64,000 nucleotides of DNA from positions 96,001-160,000 of the forward strand of contig CAZLEV010000007.1 of assembly GCA_964558645.1 (NCBI GenBank). Reading direction: 5' to 3'. Source of the DNA: an uncultured archaeon (lineage in GTDB: Archaea > Asgardarchaeota > Thorarchaeia > Thorarchaeales > Thorarchaeaceae). Positions within the stretch are counted from its first letter, which is position 1. Every line of letters starts with the position of its first letter. Positions 1-9,641 of the stretch are shown in pieces. The position numbers were made by a program, and so were the translations under genes. The notes beneath the pieces were generated by a model, which was not told the DNA's origin, made no database searches, and saw only the letters and a program-made list of their open reading frames with translations.

Positions 1-1
1 C

Positions 2-403
2 GTTATTTTCAGGTACAGGTGGTCCTCGGAAGGTGAATGGACGAACAAGACGGCCACACGGATCCAAGGCAATGAAACGAGAGGTCTTTACGAGTCCAAT
101 TTCACATATGCAGTCTGGTGGAACTATGAAACTGGCCGTCCAGAGACTGAGGGCTCAGGAGGCAATTTCTACTACAAGGTCTGGGCTAACGATACCATGG
201 GTAATTGGAATGAAGTCCCGGAGGTGGGCTACATGGGCGGCTATATGTATGTTGAGCCTCCTCCAGTTGCGGGACTATGGTCCATCCTCGAGTTGGTTTT
301 TCTCACTCTTGTCATTGTCGGGGGCATTGTGGCTCTTGCCGTCCTTGTGGTAGGACACGTAAAGGTGAGGCCTGGTCGAGAGAACCCTGAAATCGCACCT
401 TGA
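2..403 (+). CDS. 3' part of a secreted/surface protein with C-terminal membrane anchor (starts before the window)
   Basis: The frame is open from base 2 (VIFRYRWSSEGEWTN...FYYKVWANDTMGNWNE, an Ig-like strand pattern). It continues into a hydrophobic helix (LVFLTLVIVGGIVALAVLVV) and a short charged tail. Confidence 0.75.
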   Translation, partial: VIFRYRWSSEGEWTNKTATRIQGNETRGLYESNFTYAVWWNYETGRPETEGSGGNFYYKVWANDTMGNWNEVPEVGYMGGYMYVEPPPVAGLWSILELVFLTLVIVGGIVALAVLVVGHVKVRPGRENPEIAP

Positions 404-492
404 GACCCTGAGACCAAGAAATAGATGAGCGAGTTGCCGCATCCCATTCCGGAACCGAGGCAGCCCAAAAGGTTCAGTCACACAAGGGAACT

Positions 493-2679
493 CTATTTCC
501 AAGCCTCATCGCTCTGCGGCAGAGTGCCTTTGGGCGGTGCGGAGTCTTCAAGTTTCTTGACAATCTCTACGACTTCAGGGATCCAGTCAAGACCCAATTT
601 CCTTACGTGTTCAAGAGTAGGAACACCGTTTCGCGTCCAGCCACGACGCTTGTATACCGCATCAGTCAGGAGCTTGTACTGCTCTTCCCTGAACTCGCGC
701 AGTTTGGCAACCTTGTCTGCAGTGCTCATCCCGGCGCAATCGATCTCACACTTTTTCTTCAGTTCATCGTCATATCGATCCTGCCGACTCTCGTACTCCC
801 ACTCGGTAACCGGTCCAACGCTTCTATATGGTGGATTTGAGTCGTGGAGTCTAAGGCCCTTGCCCTGACGGATATTGAAGATTCGCTGGAAGTTGTAGAC
901 TCTCTCAGACTGTGTGATCAGGTCAGCTGGATCCACTTCTTTGCCTGTCACAGACGTGAAGAAGTCCGCATAGAACTCAAGGTGTTCGGGGACTTTCGCT
1001 GGCTCATCTGTCTCCTTGTTGTCAGCTGGTACTACGTCGTTCCACGGTAACTTGCATAGTCCGTTCAATGCAAACCACGTTCGCCACATAGGGAACCAGT
1101 GCAACGCTTCAGCCTTGTCCTCAAAGGTGGGCATGTAGTTGTGGACCATATCGAGAAATATGAGCCACGCCTCGTCGTGTTGAGGTCCTTTCAACGTCAG
1201 TCCGTAGCCACCCTGCTGAGCAAGACTCTCCTTCGTCACATATTCGCTGTATTCGAGACCTTTGTGCTCCATGCCGATGTCCTGCATGACCTGTTCGTCC
1301 ACGCCGAAATTCTCAGCGAAGTAGCCCTTAAGATATCGAATACCCTTACCGAAGTGTTTGCCAAAGCCTTCTCCTATGGAAATCTCGTGCAGTATAGCCA
1401 TAGCCTCTTCAGTCGCTCCCCAGTTCAGAATGTGCCCCCCTGTGGCTTTCTCATCGATGTGTCCCTCCTCGAAGAGCTCCATAACAAATGCCATGGTGGT
1501 TCCGAAGCTGATGGTGTCAAGCCCATAGGTATCACAATAGAAATTGAACTCTGCGACCCAATGGGGGTCGAAGACTCCTATGTTCGAGCCGCAACCTGCG
1601 ATGGTTTCGTACTCTGGTCCGTCAACGACGACCTTCTTGCCCTTGTAGTCACCTGTCTTGGGGATGAATCCCTCGATGCAGTGGGAGCAGTTGATCGCAC
1701 ATGGTCGCCAGCATCCGTCCCAGCCTTTTCCAGCATTAGTAAAAATCTCATCCCAGATATCGCCAAAGAGTTTCTTTGCCTCAGGGTCGCTGCCTGTTCT
1801 GAAGTTCCGTGTTGGTAGGAGGTCGAATTCGTCCATTATTGAAGGCAGGTGCGCTGTGCCAATGTCTCGCATGCGATTCTGTTTCGGGTCGAGTTCCAGA
1901 ATCTCCTTGGAGTGGGCGCGACCAACATCTCGTAGCGCGTCGGGGTCTGCAGGAGCGTTCATGTCGAGCGTGATTTTGTTGAGCTTGGCCACAAGGGCCT
2001 TAATCCTCTTGTTTCGAAAAACTGTTCCACAGCCCCCCCTACCCGCCTGCTTGTATCGAGGGAGATCGCGTCGCATATCCCACCACGAGAAATTTAGACA
2101 ACCCATGTATGCATGCTCAGCACCAGAACCAGCAGCTACCACTGAGATGTCTTTGCCTTCCTTCTCGGTGTGCCTGTCGCTGAGAATCCGCGTGATCTCA
2201 TATGCATCTGACGGCAGGTCACTCGCATCGTGGATTTCGATGATGCCTTTGTCCCCATCTATGAAGACATAGATATCTTCTTCTGCCTTGCCCTGGATGG
2301 CCAAGGCATCAAATCCAGCAAACTTGAGATTGGGGCCAAAATACCCTCCGACGTTGCTGTCAATCGGTATGCCTGTTTCTGGGGAAATGGTGGTCACGAT
2401 AGACTTACCTGCACCCGGATAGAGCGAGACACCTCCGAGAGGGCCACAGGCGATACAGAGAACGTTCTCAGGGTCATCCCATTTCACCACGCGGTCCTTA
2501 GGCATGCTGTCCCACATGAGCCAGAGATCAAACCCCTTGCCACCCGTGAAGGTGTCTTTCACATTCTTTTCAACAGCTCTGATCTCAATGCTATTATCTC
2601 CCAAGTTGATGTAGAGTGTCTGATTGCAGTATCCTCTCTCCAACTTCGGAATATCGTACGTAAATTCCTTGAGCGCCAA
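493..2679 (-). CDS. aor: Aldehyde:ferredoxin oxidoreductase family (W/Mo-pterin)
   Basis: Motifs TISPETG...DSNVGG, QAGRGGCG, C-x2-C-x3-C (CWRPCAINC), GPEYET, CDTYGLDTIS and YKRRGW...GVPT. TTG start with AGGTGAT SD. Confidence 0.92.
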   Translation of the reverse strand: MALKEFTYDIPKLERGYCNQTLYINLGDNSIEIRAVEKNVKDTFTGGKGFDLWLMWDSMPKDRVVKWDDPENVLCIACGPLGGVSLYPGAGKSIVTTISPETGIPIDSNVGGYFGPNLKFAGFDALAIQGKAEEDIYVFIDGDKGIIEIHDASDLPSDAYEITRILSDRHTEKEGKDISVVAAGSGAEHAYMGCLNFSWWDMRRDLPRYKQAGRGGCGTVFRNKRIKALVAKLNKITLDMNAPADPDALRDVGRAHSKEILELDPKQNRMRDIGTAHLPSIMDEFDLLPTRNFRTGSDPEAKKLFGDIWDEIFTNAGKGWDGCWRPCAINCSHCIEGFIPKTGDYKGKKVVVDGPEYETIAGCGSNIGVFDPHWVAEFNFYCDTYGLDTISFGTTMAFVMELFEEGHIDEKATGGHILNWGATEEAMAILHEISIGEGFGKHFGKGIRYLKGYFAENFGVDEQVMQDIGMEHKGLEYSEYVTKESLAQQGGYGLTLKGPQHDEAWLIFLDMVHNYMPTFEDKAEALHWFPMWRTWFALNGLCKLPWNDVVPADNKETDEPAKVPEHLEFYADFFTSVTGKEVDPADLITQSERVYNFQRIFNIRQGKGLRLHDSNPPYRSVGPVTEWEYESRQDRYDDELKKKCEIDCAGMSTADKVAKLREFREEQYKLLTDAVYKRRGWTRNGVPTLEHVRKLGLDWIPEVVEIVKKLEDSAPPKGTLPQSDEAWK

Positions 2680-2800
2680 TTGATATCACCTAAAAGGATC
2701 CCACAGTGTAAGTGCTGTATCCCGTCGTGGGTGGTTTGTCCTGAACAGATATATCAGTCTTAAGTTAGTCGACATGTCTGTGTGTGCCGGTCGGAGCTAT

Positions 2801-4141
2801 TCAGAGTACCCAGAGCACCAGAAACTCGATGCCTATTGCAGCGAGGACATATGCCACGAACATCGCTACATCAATGCGGATGGCGCCGCCGAGTGCGGTC
2901 TCGTAGTAGTAGCCCCAATGGAAATCCGTCATGTGGTCTGACTCCTTCAGTAACTTTCGGAGGGCCTGCTGACTCTCGCGGTGGAGCACTATGTTGAGTC
3001 TGGTTGTGTAGCCAAGAACAATCCCTCCCAGTATGAGAAAGATGTGTACCAAGTGCTCTCCTAGAGTTGCGCCTATAACAGCGACAATCAAGATGTATCC
3101 CAAGAGGAAGATGAGGTTGAAAACTACCAGCAGTCTTCGTCTGAGACTTACCTGACTGAACATTGGAGTTGCAAGTCTTCGGAGCTTGGCCACCGTTAGA
3201 CGTTTCGCCTCTTCCGCACCCATGTCATGAATCTCGAATGTTAGTCTTGAGTCCTCTTCGTAGAAGGTGAACCATCTGCATTGTGGGAATCTACTCTCTC
3301 GAAATACAACCCTAAGATCATCAGCAGTGCATCCGGTGTCTTCTTCAAAGAGGTCATGGAGTTCAAGTGCTGCGATCTCCGCGGCAATCAAGGCCTTGAG
3401 TTTCTCGGCAGTCTCCTTCTCCTGTCTTGTCAATTCAAGCAGTTCCCCGTCGTCATTCCCGATTTCGTCCCAGCAAGGATTGTGGTCAAGAGCTTTGTAC
3501 TGAGCAATGAAGAAAGAAGGAATGGAAACAAGCAAAGCCAAGAAGAAGATGATGGGCGGGTATGAATTGAAGTCCAGCGTGAGAACAGCAGGCCTTAGAA
3601 TGAGCAGCATGAAAGCGACGAAAGCGAGGAAGGGCCAGGCAATCTGTGCTGGGCTCTTAGTCACTTCATATCGGTCGTCGTCGAATTCAGTCAGGCCGCC
3701 AAGCTTGCTTAGTTCTTCAACCAGCTCTCTTCGCCATCTTGGATGTCTGATGGCTAGGGCATAAGAGAATCCAACGAGAATGCCCCCGATGCCAACATCT
3801 GTTACTATGGAGAAAGCCAGTGAGTACTGAGGAAGAGCTCTACCTAGCAGCAGGTGAATAATGGAGATTGCTACGATGGCAACGAATCCTGTCAGAACCA
3901 CTAGATTGGGGCGGTCTGCAATGAACCATTTATAGGAGGGCCATTTCTTCCTCACAGCATACCTCCCCACTAGTTGTCGTACTTGAGATGCGTGTTCTAC
4001 CTCAACTGCTATCGTACCATCCGATACCTGGCGGAGCGAGGGGCTGTACGCATCTTGAAGGGCCCTTACAATCACTCTTTCGCCTAAACCGCTCTTTTCG
4101 GTGATATCATCGGCTATGTCCTGTGCTTCATTCGTCTCCAC
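2801..4141 (-). CDS. Hypothetical multi-pass membrane protein
   Basis: 446-aa ORF with about 7 hydrophobic segments. GAGGAGG lies upstream of the GTG start. Confidence 0.75.
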   Translation of the reverse strand: METNEAQDIADDITEKSGLGERVIVRALQDAYSPSLRQVSDGTIAVEVEHASQVRQLVGRYAVRKKWPSYKWFIADRPNLVVLTGFVAIVAISIIHLLLGRALPQYSLAFSIVTDVGIGGILVGFSYALAIRHPRWRRELVEELSKLGGLTEFDDDRYEVTKSPAQIAWPFLAFVAFMLLILRPAVLTLDFNSYPPIIFFLALLVSIPSFFIAQYKALDHNPCWDEIGNDDGELLELTRQEKETAEKLKALIAAEIAALELHDLFEEDTGCTADDLRVVFRESRFPQCRWFTFYEEDSRLTFEIHDMGAEEAKRLTVAKLRRLATPMFSQVSLRRRLLVVFNLIFLLGYILIVAVIGATLGEHLVHIFLILGGIVLGYTTRLNIVLHRESQQALRKLLKESDHMTDFHWGYYYETALGGAIRIDVAMFVAYVLAAIGIEFLVLWVL

Positions 4142-4723
4142 ATCTTGACCTCCTCGAAATCATCATGCCTCCTGGAAGAGATGAGATTCTTCTTGATTCT
4201 CCGTTCAAGAACATCTTAGTGTTTCTCTTGTCGTTCTTCGTCGAGATGTATTCACAGACCCCTAGTTCTCTAAGGATACTGCAACTGTAAGTAGACCCTG
4301 CATATTTCTACCTGTTCTGAGTGGCATTAGGTTCATTATACTTGAAGGCCTCCTTCTCACAACATTCCATTCTTCAAGGGGTAGGTGTAATGATATGCTA
4401 ATCATGGATGTAGAAAGGACGCCTTCGGGTTGAAGTGTTAATGGGACTACCGGGTGGTGTAGACATCAAGCCAATCGGAGGATATGGCGCAATCAGCCGC
4501 GCACTTGCCCTCCTCCCAGCCATCCATAACGGTCAGTCAATCTGGTAGATCCACAGATTGGCATTCGACAATTCCCGAGAACAACATCCAACCCCCAGAA
4601 GCTCATGCGCTCAGAACTTGGAGTTGAAACTCAGCAGAGGTGCACAGGCCATCTATTCTCATTTTTCTGGGTACAAATCAGAAGGTCGAAAGAAGGACCT
4701 CTGTCATCGTAACCTACACTTTC

Positions 4724-4737
4724 CGAAGGAATATAAG
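4724..4737 (+). promoter_or_regulatory. Putative BRE/TATA promoter of the ECF operon
   Basis: CGAAGG-AATATAAG about 50 nt upstream of the ATG at 4789. GGAGG SD at 4777-4781. Confidence 0.45.
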
Positions 4738-4788
4738 TAGGAAATGCTGTATTCTCTTTACTTCTCATCCATACGCGGAGGATAAGCT

Positions 4789-5583
4789 ATGAGCGAAGGA
4801 GAAATGCGTGAAGAAAGAGTTCGAGAAAGACAGCCAATGGGATATGGTGGCGCAAGTGTCGCCTTTATCGCCGTCTATGCTGCGATTACTGGTGCATTGT
4901 CACTAGTGCCCATTTTCCCGTATGTTGGCGGCGGTGGTTTTGTTCCACTGTCAGTGGTGTTCTCAGCCATTGGTCCGCTAGTTCTAGGACCTATAGGTGG
5001 AGTGATTGCAGCTGCTGTAGGTGGCTTCATCGGGATGTTCATTAGTCCTGCTACCTTCCCCCTGGGCCCAGTAGATGTTCTGCTTACTGGGATCTTTCCT
5101 GCATTCTATACGGCCTTGGCCATAAATGCAGATGAAGATCGATACTGGCTGCTGGCGATTATCTCATGGGTTGGCACCGGTATCTTCGCTTCAGTATACC
5201 CCTATATGTGGCCCGGAATTGAGGGTACATCTTGGGTACCACTTGTCGCAATCTTGGGTGCCTACTACTGGCTTCCATGGCTGATTATCTTGATTACACC
5301 ACTAAGGACTCGAATAGCTGAATGGGCTCGGTCGGAAGAGCCGAAGATGCGCTATATTGGCGTTTTCTTAGCTGCGCTGATCGGGTTGATGGCATGGTAT
5401 CTCCCGTGGTCCTTGCCATACTGGCAGATTCTTAGCTACACCGTTGAGTTCGGAATCACAGTACATATCGGCTATACTTGGTGGGTGCCTACTATGGCTA
5501 TTATCACTACCCTCATCTCAGTGCCGGTAGTAGAAGCCATGGCAAGAAGTGGGTTGCCACGAATCCCACGTGCGATCTGGTAA
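4789..5583 (+). CDS. ECF transporter substrate-binding (S) component
   Basis: Hydrophobic protein with an N-terminal AxxAA helix and GPLVLGPIGGVIAAAVGG. First gene before the ECF ATPase and EcfT genes. Confidence 0.8.
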   Translation: MSEGEMREERVRERQPMGYGGASVAFIAVYAAITGALSLVPIFPYVGGGGFVPLSVVFSAIGPLVLGPIGGVIAAAVGGFIGMFISPATFPLGPVDVLLTGIFPAFYTALAINADEDRYWLLAIISWVGTGIFASVYPYMWPGIEGTSWVPLVAILGAYYWLPWLIILITPLRTRIAEWARSEEPKMRYIGVFLAALIGLMAWYLPWSLPYWQILSYTVEFGITVHIGYTWWVPTMAIITTLISVPVVEAMARSGLPRIPRAIW

Positions 5584-5600
5584 TCAGATAGTTCAGTTTG

Positions 5601-5626
5601 ACACCAGCCAGGATTCTGGCTGGTGT
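5601..5626 (+). terminator. Intra-operon stem-loop (partial terminator or mRNA stabiliser)
   Basis: Perfect 11-bp inverted repeat ACACCAGCCAG-gatt-CTGGCTGGTGT followed by T-rich TTAGTTACTTTT. Confidence 0.6.
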
Positions 5627-5687
5627 TTAGTTACTTTTAAGAATAGGTTAGCTCCTCTAGGTAAATTGTCACAATGAGGAGAACCAG

Positions 5688-7439
5688 ATGAGTCAAACTT
5701 CCCTTGTAAAAATAGAGAATCTGTCGTTCACCTATGAACGTGGCCCCCAAGCCTTGTCGAATGTTTCCTTCGAGCTTTCAAAGGGAGATGTGCTTGCCGT
5801 CTTAGGGGCAAATGGTGCTGGAAAAACTACACTTTGTTTCCATATCAACGGGATCATTCCTGAAGTATATGGTGGAACGGAGAAGGGAGAGGTTTCGGTG
5901 GCCGGTTTAGATCCATGGGAACGTCCCATAGTGGAATTGGCTGAGAACGCAGGAATGGTGCTACAAGACCCTGAAAGTCAATTCGTAACCAATGATGTCA
6001 AATCAGAACTGTCTTTTGGTCCGGCCAATCTTGGTGTTCCAGCAGACGAGATATTGGAGCGGATGGACTACGCAACCGAAGTTTGTGGTCTGGACGGACT
6101 CTGGGACCGTGCGCCGACAGATCTGAGCGGAGGACAGAAACAGCGTGTCGCTCTTGGAGCTGGCCTGACCATGCTACCGAAAGTCTTGATCCTCGACGAA
6201 CCTACAAGCCAACTCGATCCTGTCGGTACCGATGAAGTCTTGGACGCCCTTCAGCGACTGACGCAAGAGAAGGAAATGACGATAATCATATCAACTCACA
6301 AGACCGAGAAAGTTGCCGACTTCGCGACACGGGTCTTGGTCTTGGAGGAGGGTAAGATTGTGGCTCAAGGAACTCCAAAGGATGTCTTTGCTCGGACTGA
6401 AATGCTAGAATCCGTGGGAGTCAATCCTCCCCAGGTGACCCTGCTCTGCGCCCAGCTAGCCGAGAAGATTCCCGGCTTCAAAGAAAAATACGAGGAGAAG
6501 GGAGGTATTCCTATCTCGCTTGAAGAGTGCAGGAGCCTGCTTACAGAACTGCTTGAGGACGGGTTCATCCGAATCGACGAAGAAAAGAAGCTTCCTGAAC
6601 CTGAAGTGCCGTCTGAGGAAGTTGTGCTCGAAGTCAAAGATCTTGTCTATGTCTATCCCGGGCGAAATCCTGTCACGGCACTCAAGGGTGTTAATCTGAC
6701 AGTGAACAAGGGAGAAGTTGTAGCCATAATTGGCCAGAATGGATCCGGCAAGACTACCCTCGTGAAGCACTTTGTGGGACTGCTCAAGGCCACAGAAGGA
6801 GAAGTCATTGCTTTGGGTAAAGACGTGGCTCAAATGACCACGGGAACACTGGCAAAGACGATTTCACTCATCCTGCAGAATCCAGACTATCAGCTATTCA
6901 GCATATCGGCTGAGAGAGAGATTGAATTCGGCCTGAAGAACTTGGGACTGCCTCAAGATGAGATAAAGAAGAGAGTGGAGTCTGCCCTTAAGGATGCTGA
7001 TCTACTGGAAGACCGCGATACATTTCCTTTCCGGTTGAGTTTTGGTGACCGAAGAAAACTGGCTGCCGCAGCAGGTATCGCTATGGATCCTGGGATTCTG
7101 ATTCTGGATGAGCCGACAACAGCACAAGATTACAGAGGCCGCCATCGACTCGCTCAGATTGCCAATAAAATGCAGAAGCAAGGTAAGACCTCTCTTATGA
7201 TATCGCACGATATGGAACTAATCGCCACATATTGTCCACGAACCGTAGTGCTTGCTGATGGGAAGAAGATTCTAGATGCCTCAACAAGAGAAGTATTCTC
7301 GAAGGTAGATGTGTTGAAGAAATCGAATATTCATCCCCCTCAGATAACTCAGTTGGCTGCGATGTTGAACGGACACGGACTCACCCAAGTTCCATTGACG
7401 GTAGATGAGATGGCTAGTCTGATTATAGGAGGTGAATAA
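5688..7439 (+). CDS. ecfA: ECF transporter ATPase, fused duplicated A-A' domains
   Basis: Two Walker A motifs (GANGAGKT, GQNGSGKT), Q-loops QDPESQ and QNPDYQ, signatures LSGGQ and LSFGD, and two LDEPT motifs. Confidence 0.93.
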   Translation: MSQTSLVKIENLSFTYERGPQALSNVSFELSKGDVLAVLGANGAGKTTLCFHINGIIPEVYGGTEKGEVSVAGLDPWERPIVELAENAGMVLQDPESQFVTNDVKSELSFGPANLGVPADEILERMDYATEVCGLDGLWDRAPTDLSGGQKQRVALGAGLTMLPKVLILDEPTSQLDPVGTDEVLDALQRLTQEKEMTIIISTHKTEKVADFATRVLVLEEGKIVAQGTPKDVFARTEMLESVGVNPPQVTLLCAQLAEKIPGFKEKYEEKGGIPISLEECRSLLTELLEDGFIRIDEEKKLPEPEVPSEEVVLEVKDLVYVYPGRNPVTALKGVNLTVNKGEVVAIIGQNGSGKTTLVKHFVGLLKATEGEVIALGKDVAQMTTGTLAKTISLILQNPDYQLFSISAEREIEFGLKNLGLPQDEIKKRVESALKDADLLEDRDTFPFRLSFGDRRKLAAAAGIAMDPGILILDEPTTAQDYRGRHRLAQIANKMQKQGKTSLMISHDMELIATYCPRTVVLADGKKILDASTREVFSKVDVLKKSNIHPPQITQLAAMLNGHGLTQVPLTVDEMASLIIGGE

Positions 7440-8514
7440 CTTGGCTTTTCAGTATATCCAAAAGGATACTCCTCTTGACCGGATGAATCCTCTAGTCAAG
7501 TTCCTCTTCGTCGGCTGTGCTCTCGTATTTGGTTTGACAGTAGGTACGGGTGGACAGATACAAGACCTCAGCGTAATTGTGATCTGGATGTTGCTAGTCA
7601 CAAGTTGGTGGATTGCGGGCAAGATCGAGTTGAAGAGCTTGGGAATTCTCCTTTCACTCCTGAAATGGATGGTTCTATTCTTGATCATCGTTCAGGGGCT
7701 CACGTGGAAACTTGGGGATTCGACCACTGTCTTACAGCTCTTTGATTTTCCTTCAACTGGAACCGGTGGTCAGCCAGTCAATTTTGGTCATCTCACAGTG
7801 GGCGGAGTTCTCTTTGGACTACTGGTCAGCACTCGTATTATGGCAGTCGTTGCAGTGATTCCAATATTCACTATGACCACTTCGATGTCCCGACTGAATG
7901 CTGCGCTTACCAAGATTAAGGTACCTGAGAAGATCATCTTCATGATTGTTACTGCTATGCGATTTGTGCCGTTGGTTCAAGAGAGCTGGCAGGCAATTAT
8001 TGATGCGCAGAAAATCAGAGGCTTCGATATCGACAAGGCAAACTTCTTCCAGAAGATCAGACGGGCCTACATCCCGATCATCACTCCCCTCATTCTTTTG
8101 ATGTTCAGAAGAGCCATGGATCTAGAAGTGGCAATCAGCGCTCGCGCATTCGGATCAAAGAGAGAACGTACATATATAGAGGACATATCGTTCAAACGCG
8201 TAGACTATCTTGGCTTTGTAGCTGTCTTGGGAACATTCTTCCTTGTTATGTATCTCAGGTTCTTCCAGGCTGGAATGCTCTATCTTGTAATGACCGAGTA
8301 TCTTGGTGTTGCAGCAAGTCTATTCCTCACCGTCATGAGTAGTATAGGTGTCATCGATTTCGTGCAGGCTCTCAATGCCGTTCTCCTTCAGATTCCGTAC
8401 ATGAGTATCTACTTCGGCTACTTCAACAACTACATGTTCACAGGATATGGAGCGGTCTTCGGTCTTCTACTGATGGTGTTTGTTGTCTACAAGATAATTG
8501 GGCGATATCGATGA
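7432..8514 (+). CDS. ecfT: ECF transporter transmembrane T component (CbiQ family) with extra C-terminal hydrophobic segments
   Basis: MNPLVK, AMRFVP, DAQKIRG and AISARAF coupling-helix motifs. Confidence 0.9.
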   Translation: MNNLAFQYIQKDTPLDRMNPLVKFLFVGCALVFGLTVGTGGQIQDLSVIVIWMLLVTSWWIAGKIELKSLGILLSLLKWMVLFLIIVQGLTWKLGDSTTVLQLFDFPSTGTGGQPVNFGHLTVGGVLFGLLVSTRIMAVVAVIPIFTMTTSMSRLNAALTKIKVPEKIIFMIVTAMRFVPLVQESWQAIIDAQKIRGFDIDKANFFQKIRRAYIPIITPLILLMFRRAMDLEVAISARAFGSKRERTYIEDISFKRVDYLGFVAVLGTFFLVMYLRFFQAGMLYLVMTEYLGVAASLFLTVMSSIGVIDFVQALNAVLLQIPYMSIYFGYFNNYMFTGYGAVFGLLLMVFVVYKIIGRYR

Positions 8515-8520
8515 TCAGCT

Positions 8521-8562
8521 GATGATGGATTGAGAACCTTTCAGAGGTTCTCCTACATCATC
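8521..8562. terminator. Stem-loop between convergent genes
   Basis: GAGAACCT/AGGTTCTC 8-bp inner stem plus GATGATG/CATCATC outer stem, between the ecfT stop and the hydrolase stop. Confidence 0.5.
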
Positions 8563-8584
8563 TCAGTCGGACTTGTTCGGGATA

Positions 8585-9478
8585 TCAATCTCGCCATTCT
8601 CTAATGCTATCTTGAATCTGCAGCGAACCGAGATTCTTGAACACTTCACCTTTCTCTAGGTTTCTGTAGACGGGGAATCTTCCCTTGATTGGTGAATCCC
8701 TCAGAGTCTTCCATACAGGGGTGTTACCTGACGTACCATGTTGTCGAAGCCACGAAACTCTCTCCAAATCTATTGCCTCAACCATGGTTTCTTCATGCTG
8801 TCCTGCCTGCCGAAGCACTCTGCCTTCAGGATCTGCTAGAATCGACTGTCCACCACCCTGCTGGCCTATTGTGTTGATGCCGAACATGTAGATTTGGTTG
8901 AAGATTGCATGGGCCCTTGTCATGATGAGTTCAGTGTCACGGTCCGGCAGGAAAACTGCAGTGGGCTGAAGAACAATCTCAGCTCCCATCCATGCGAGGG
9001 TTCTAATCATCTCTGGTATCCATATGTCGTAACAGATAGCCAGACCTATCTTCCCTAGATTCTCGAAGTCAAAGACCACAAACTCATTGCCTGAGTCATA
9101 GTCTTCCCGAGGCAACCAGGGGAAGATCTTGCGGTACTTGGTCACAATCTCTCCCTCTCTGTTGAAAACCAGCGCAGTATTATAGACTTCTTGCCCATCT
9201 CGTTCTAGCAGTGTCCCAGGTATGAGCCAAGTTTCGAGAGTCTTCGCGAACTCAGAGAGCTCGTCGGTTAGCTCGTTTGGAATCTCCTGTGCATTTGCTC
9301 CCCATTCCTCTTCTGGTGAATGTTCTGCCAAGTAGTACTCACCAGTGAAGATGATGTCAACCCAGGGAAAATCACGCTTCATTTCTCTGGAAACTGACAT
9401 AAACTTCTCCAGGTTTGCTCTTGCATCAACCGGATTTCTTGCGAGTTGTAGGCCAGCGACCCCTATATATCTAGACAT
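8585..9478 (-). CDS. Carbon-nitrogen hydrolase (nitrilase superfamily)
   Basis: Glu-Lys-Cys triad motifs FTGEY, YRKIFPW and AICYD; also YNTA and GGGQSILADPEG. Confidence 0.9.
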   Translation of the reverse strand: MSRYIGVAGLQLARNPVDARANLEKFMSVSREMKRDFPWVDIIFTGEYYLAEHSPEEEWGANAQEIPNELTDELSEFAKTLETWLIPGTLLERDGQEVYNTALVFNREGEIVTKYRKIFPWLPREDYDSGNEFVVFDFENLGKIGLAICYDIWIPEMIRTLAWMGAEIVLQPTAVFLPDRDTELIMTRAHAIFNQIYMFGINTIGQQGGGQSILADPEGRVLRQAGQHEETMVEAIDLERVSWLRQHGTSGNTPVWKTLRDSPIKGRFPVYRNLEKGEVFKNLGSLQIQDSIREWRD

Positions 9479-9641
9479 TTGAATCAACCTTTAGAAACAT
9501 TGTACGTGCCTTGTTTGCCTAGTCTTATCGGGTGTCTTCACATAAACATGTGGCTATCTACAACCTTATCTGTGGCCACGAACTCAACCCCTGTGAAACT
9601 CGTGTGTAGAGCCTACACACATAATTACCACCTGAGGTATC

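Noticed and set aside
4142-4788. Long intergenic region upstream of the ECF operon as a riboswitch or sRNA; ORF 4558-4740
   Set aside because: No TPP, FMN, cobalamin or SAM consensus recognised. The likely TATA box is only about 50 nt from the start codon, and the ORF has no motif.
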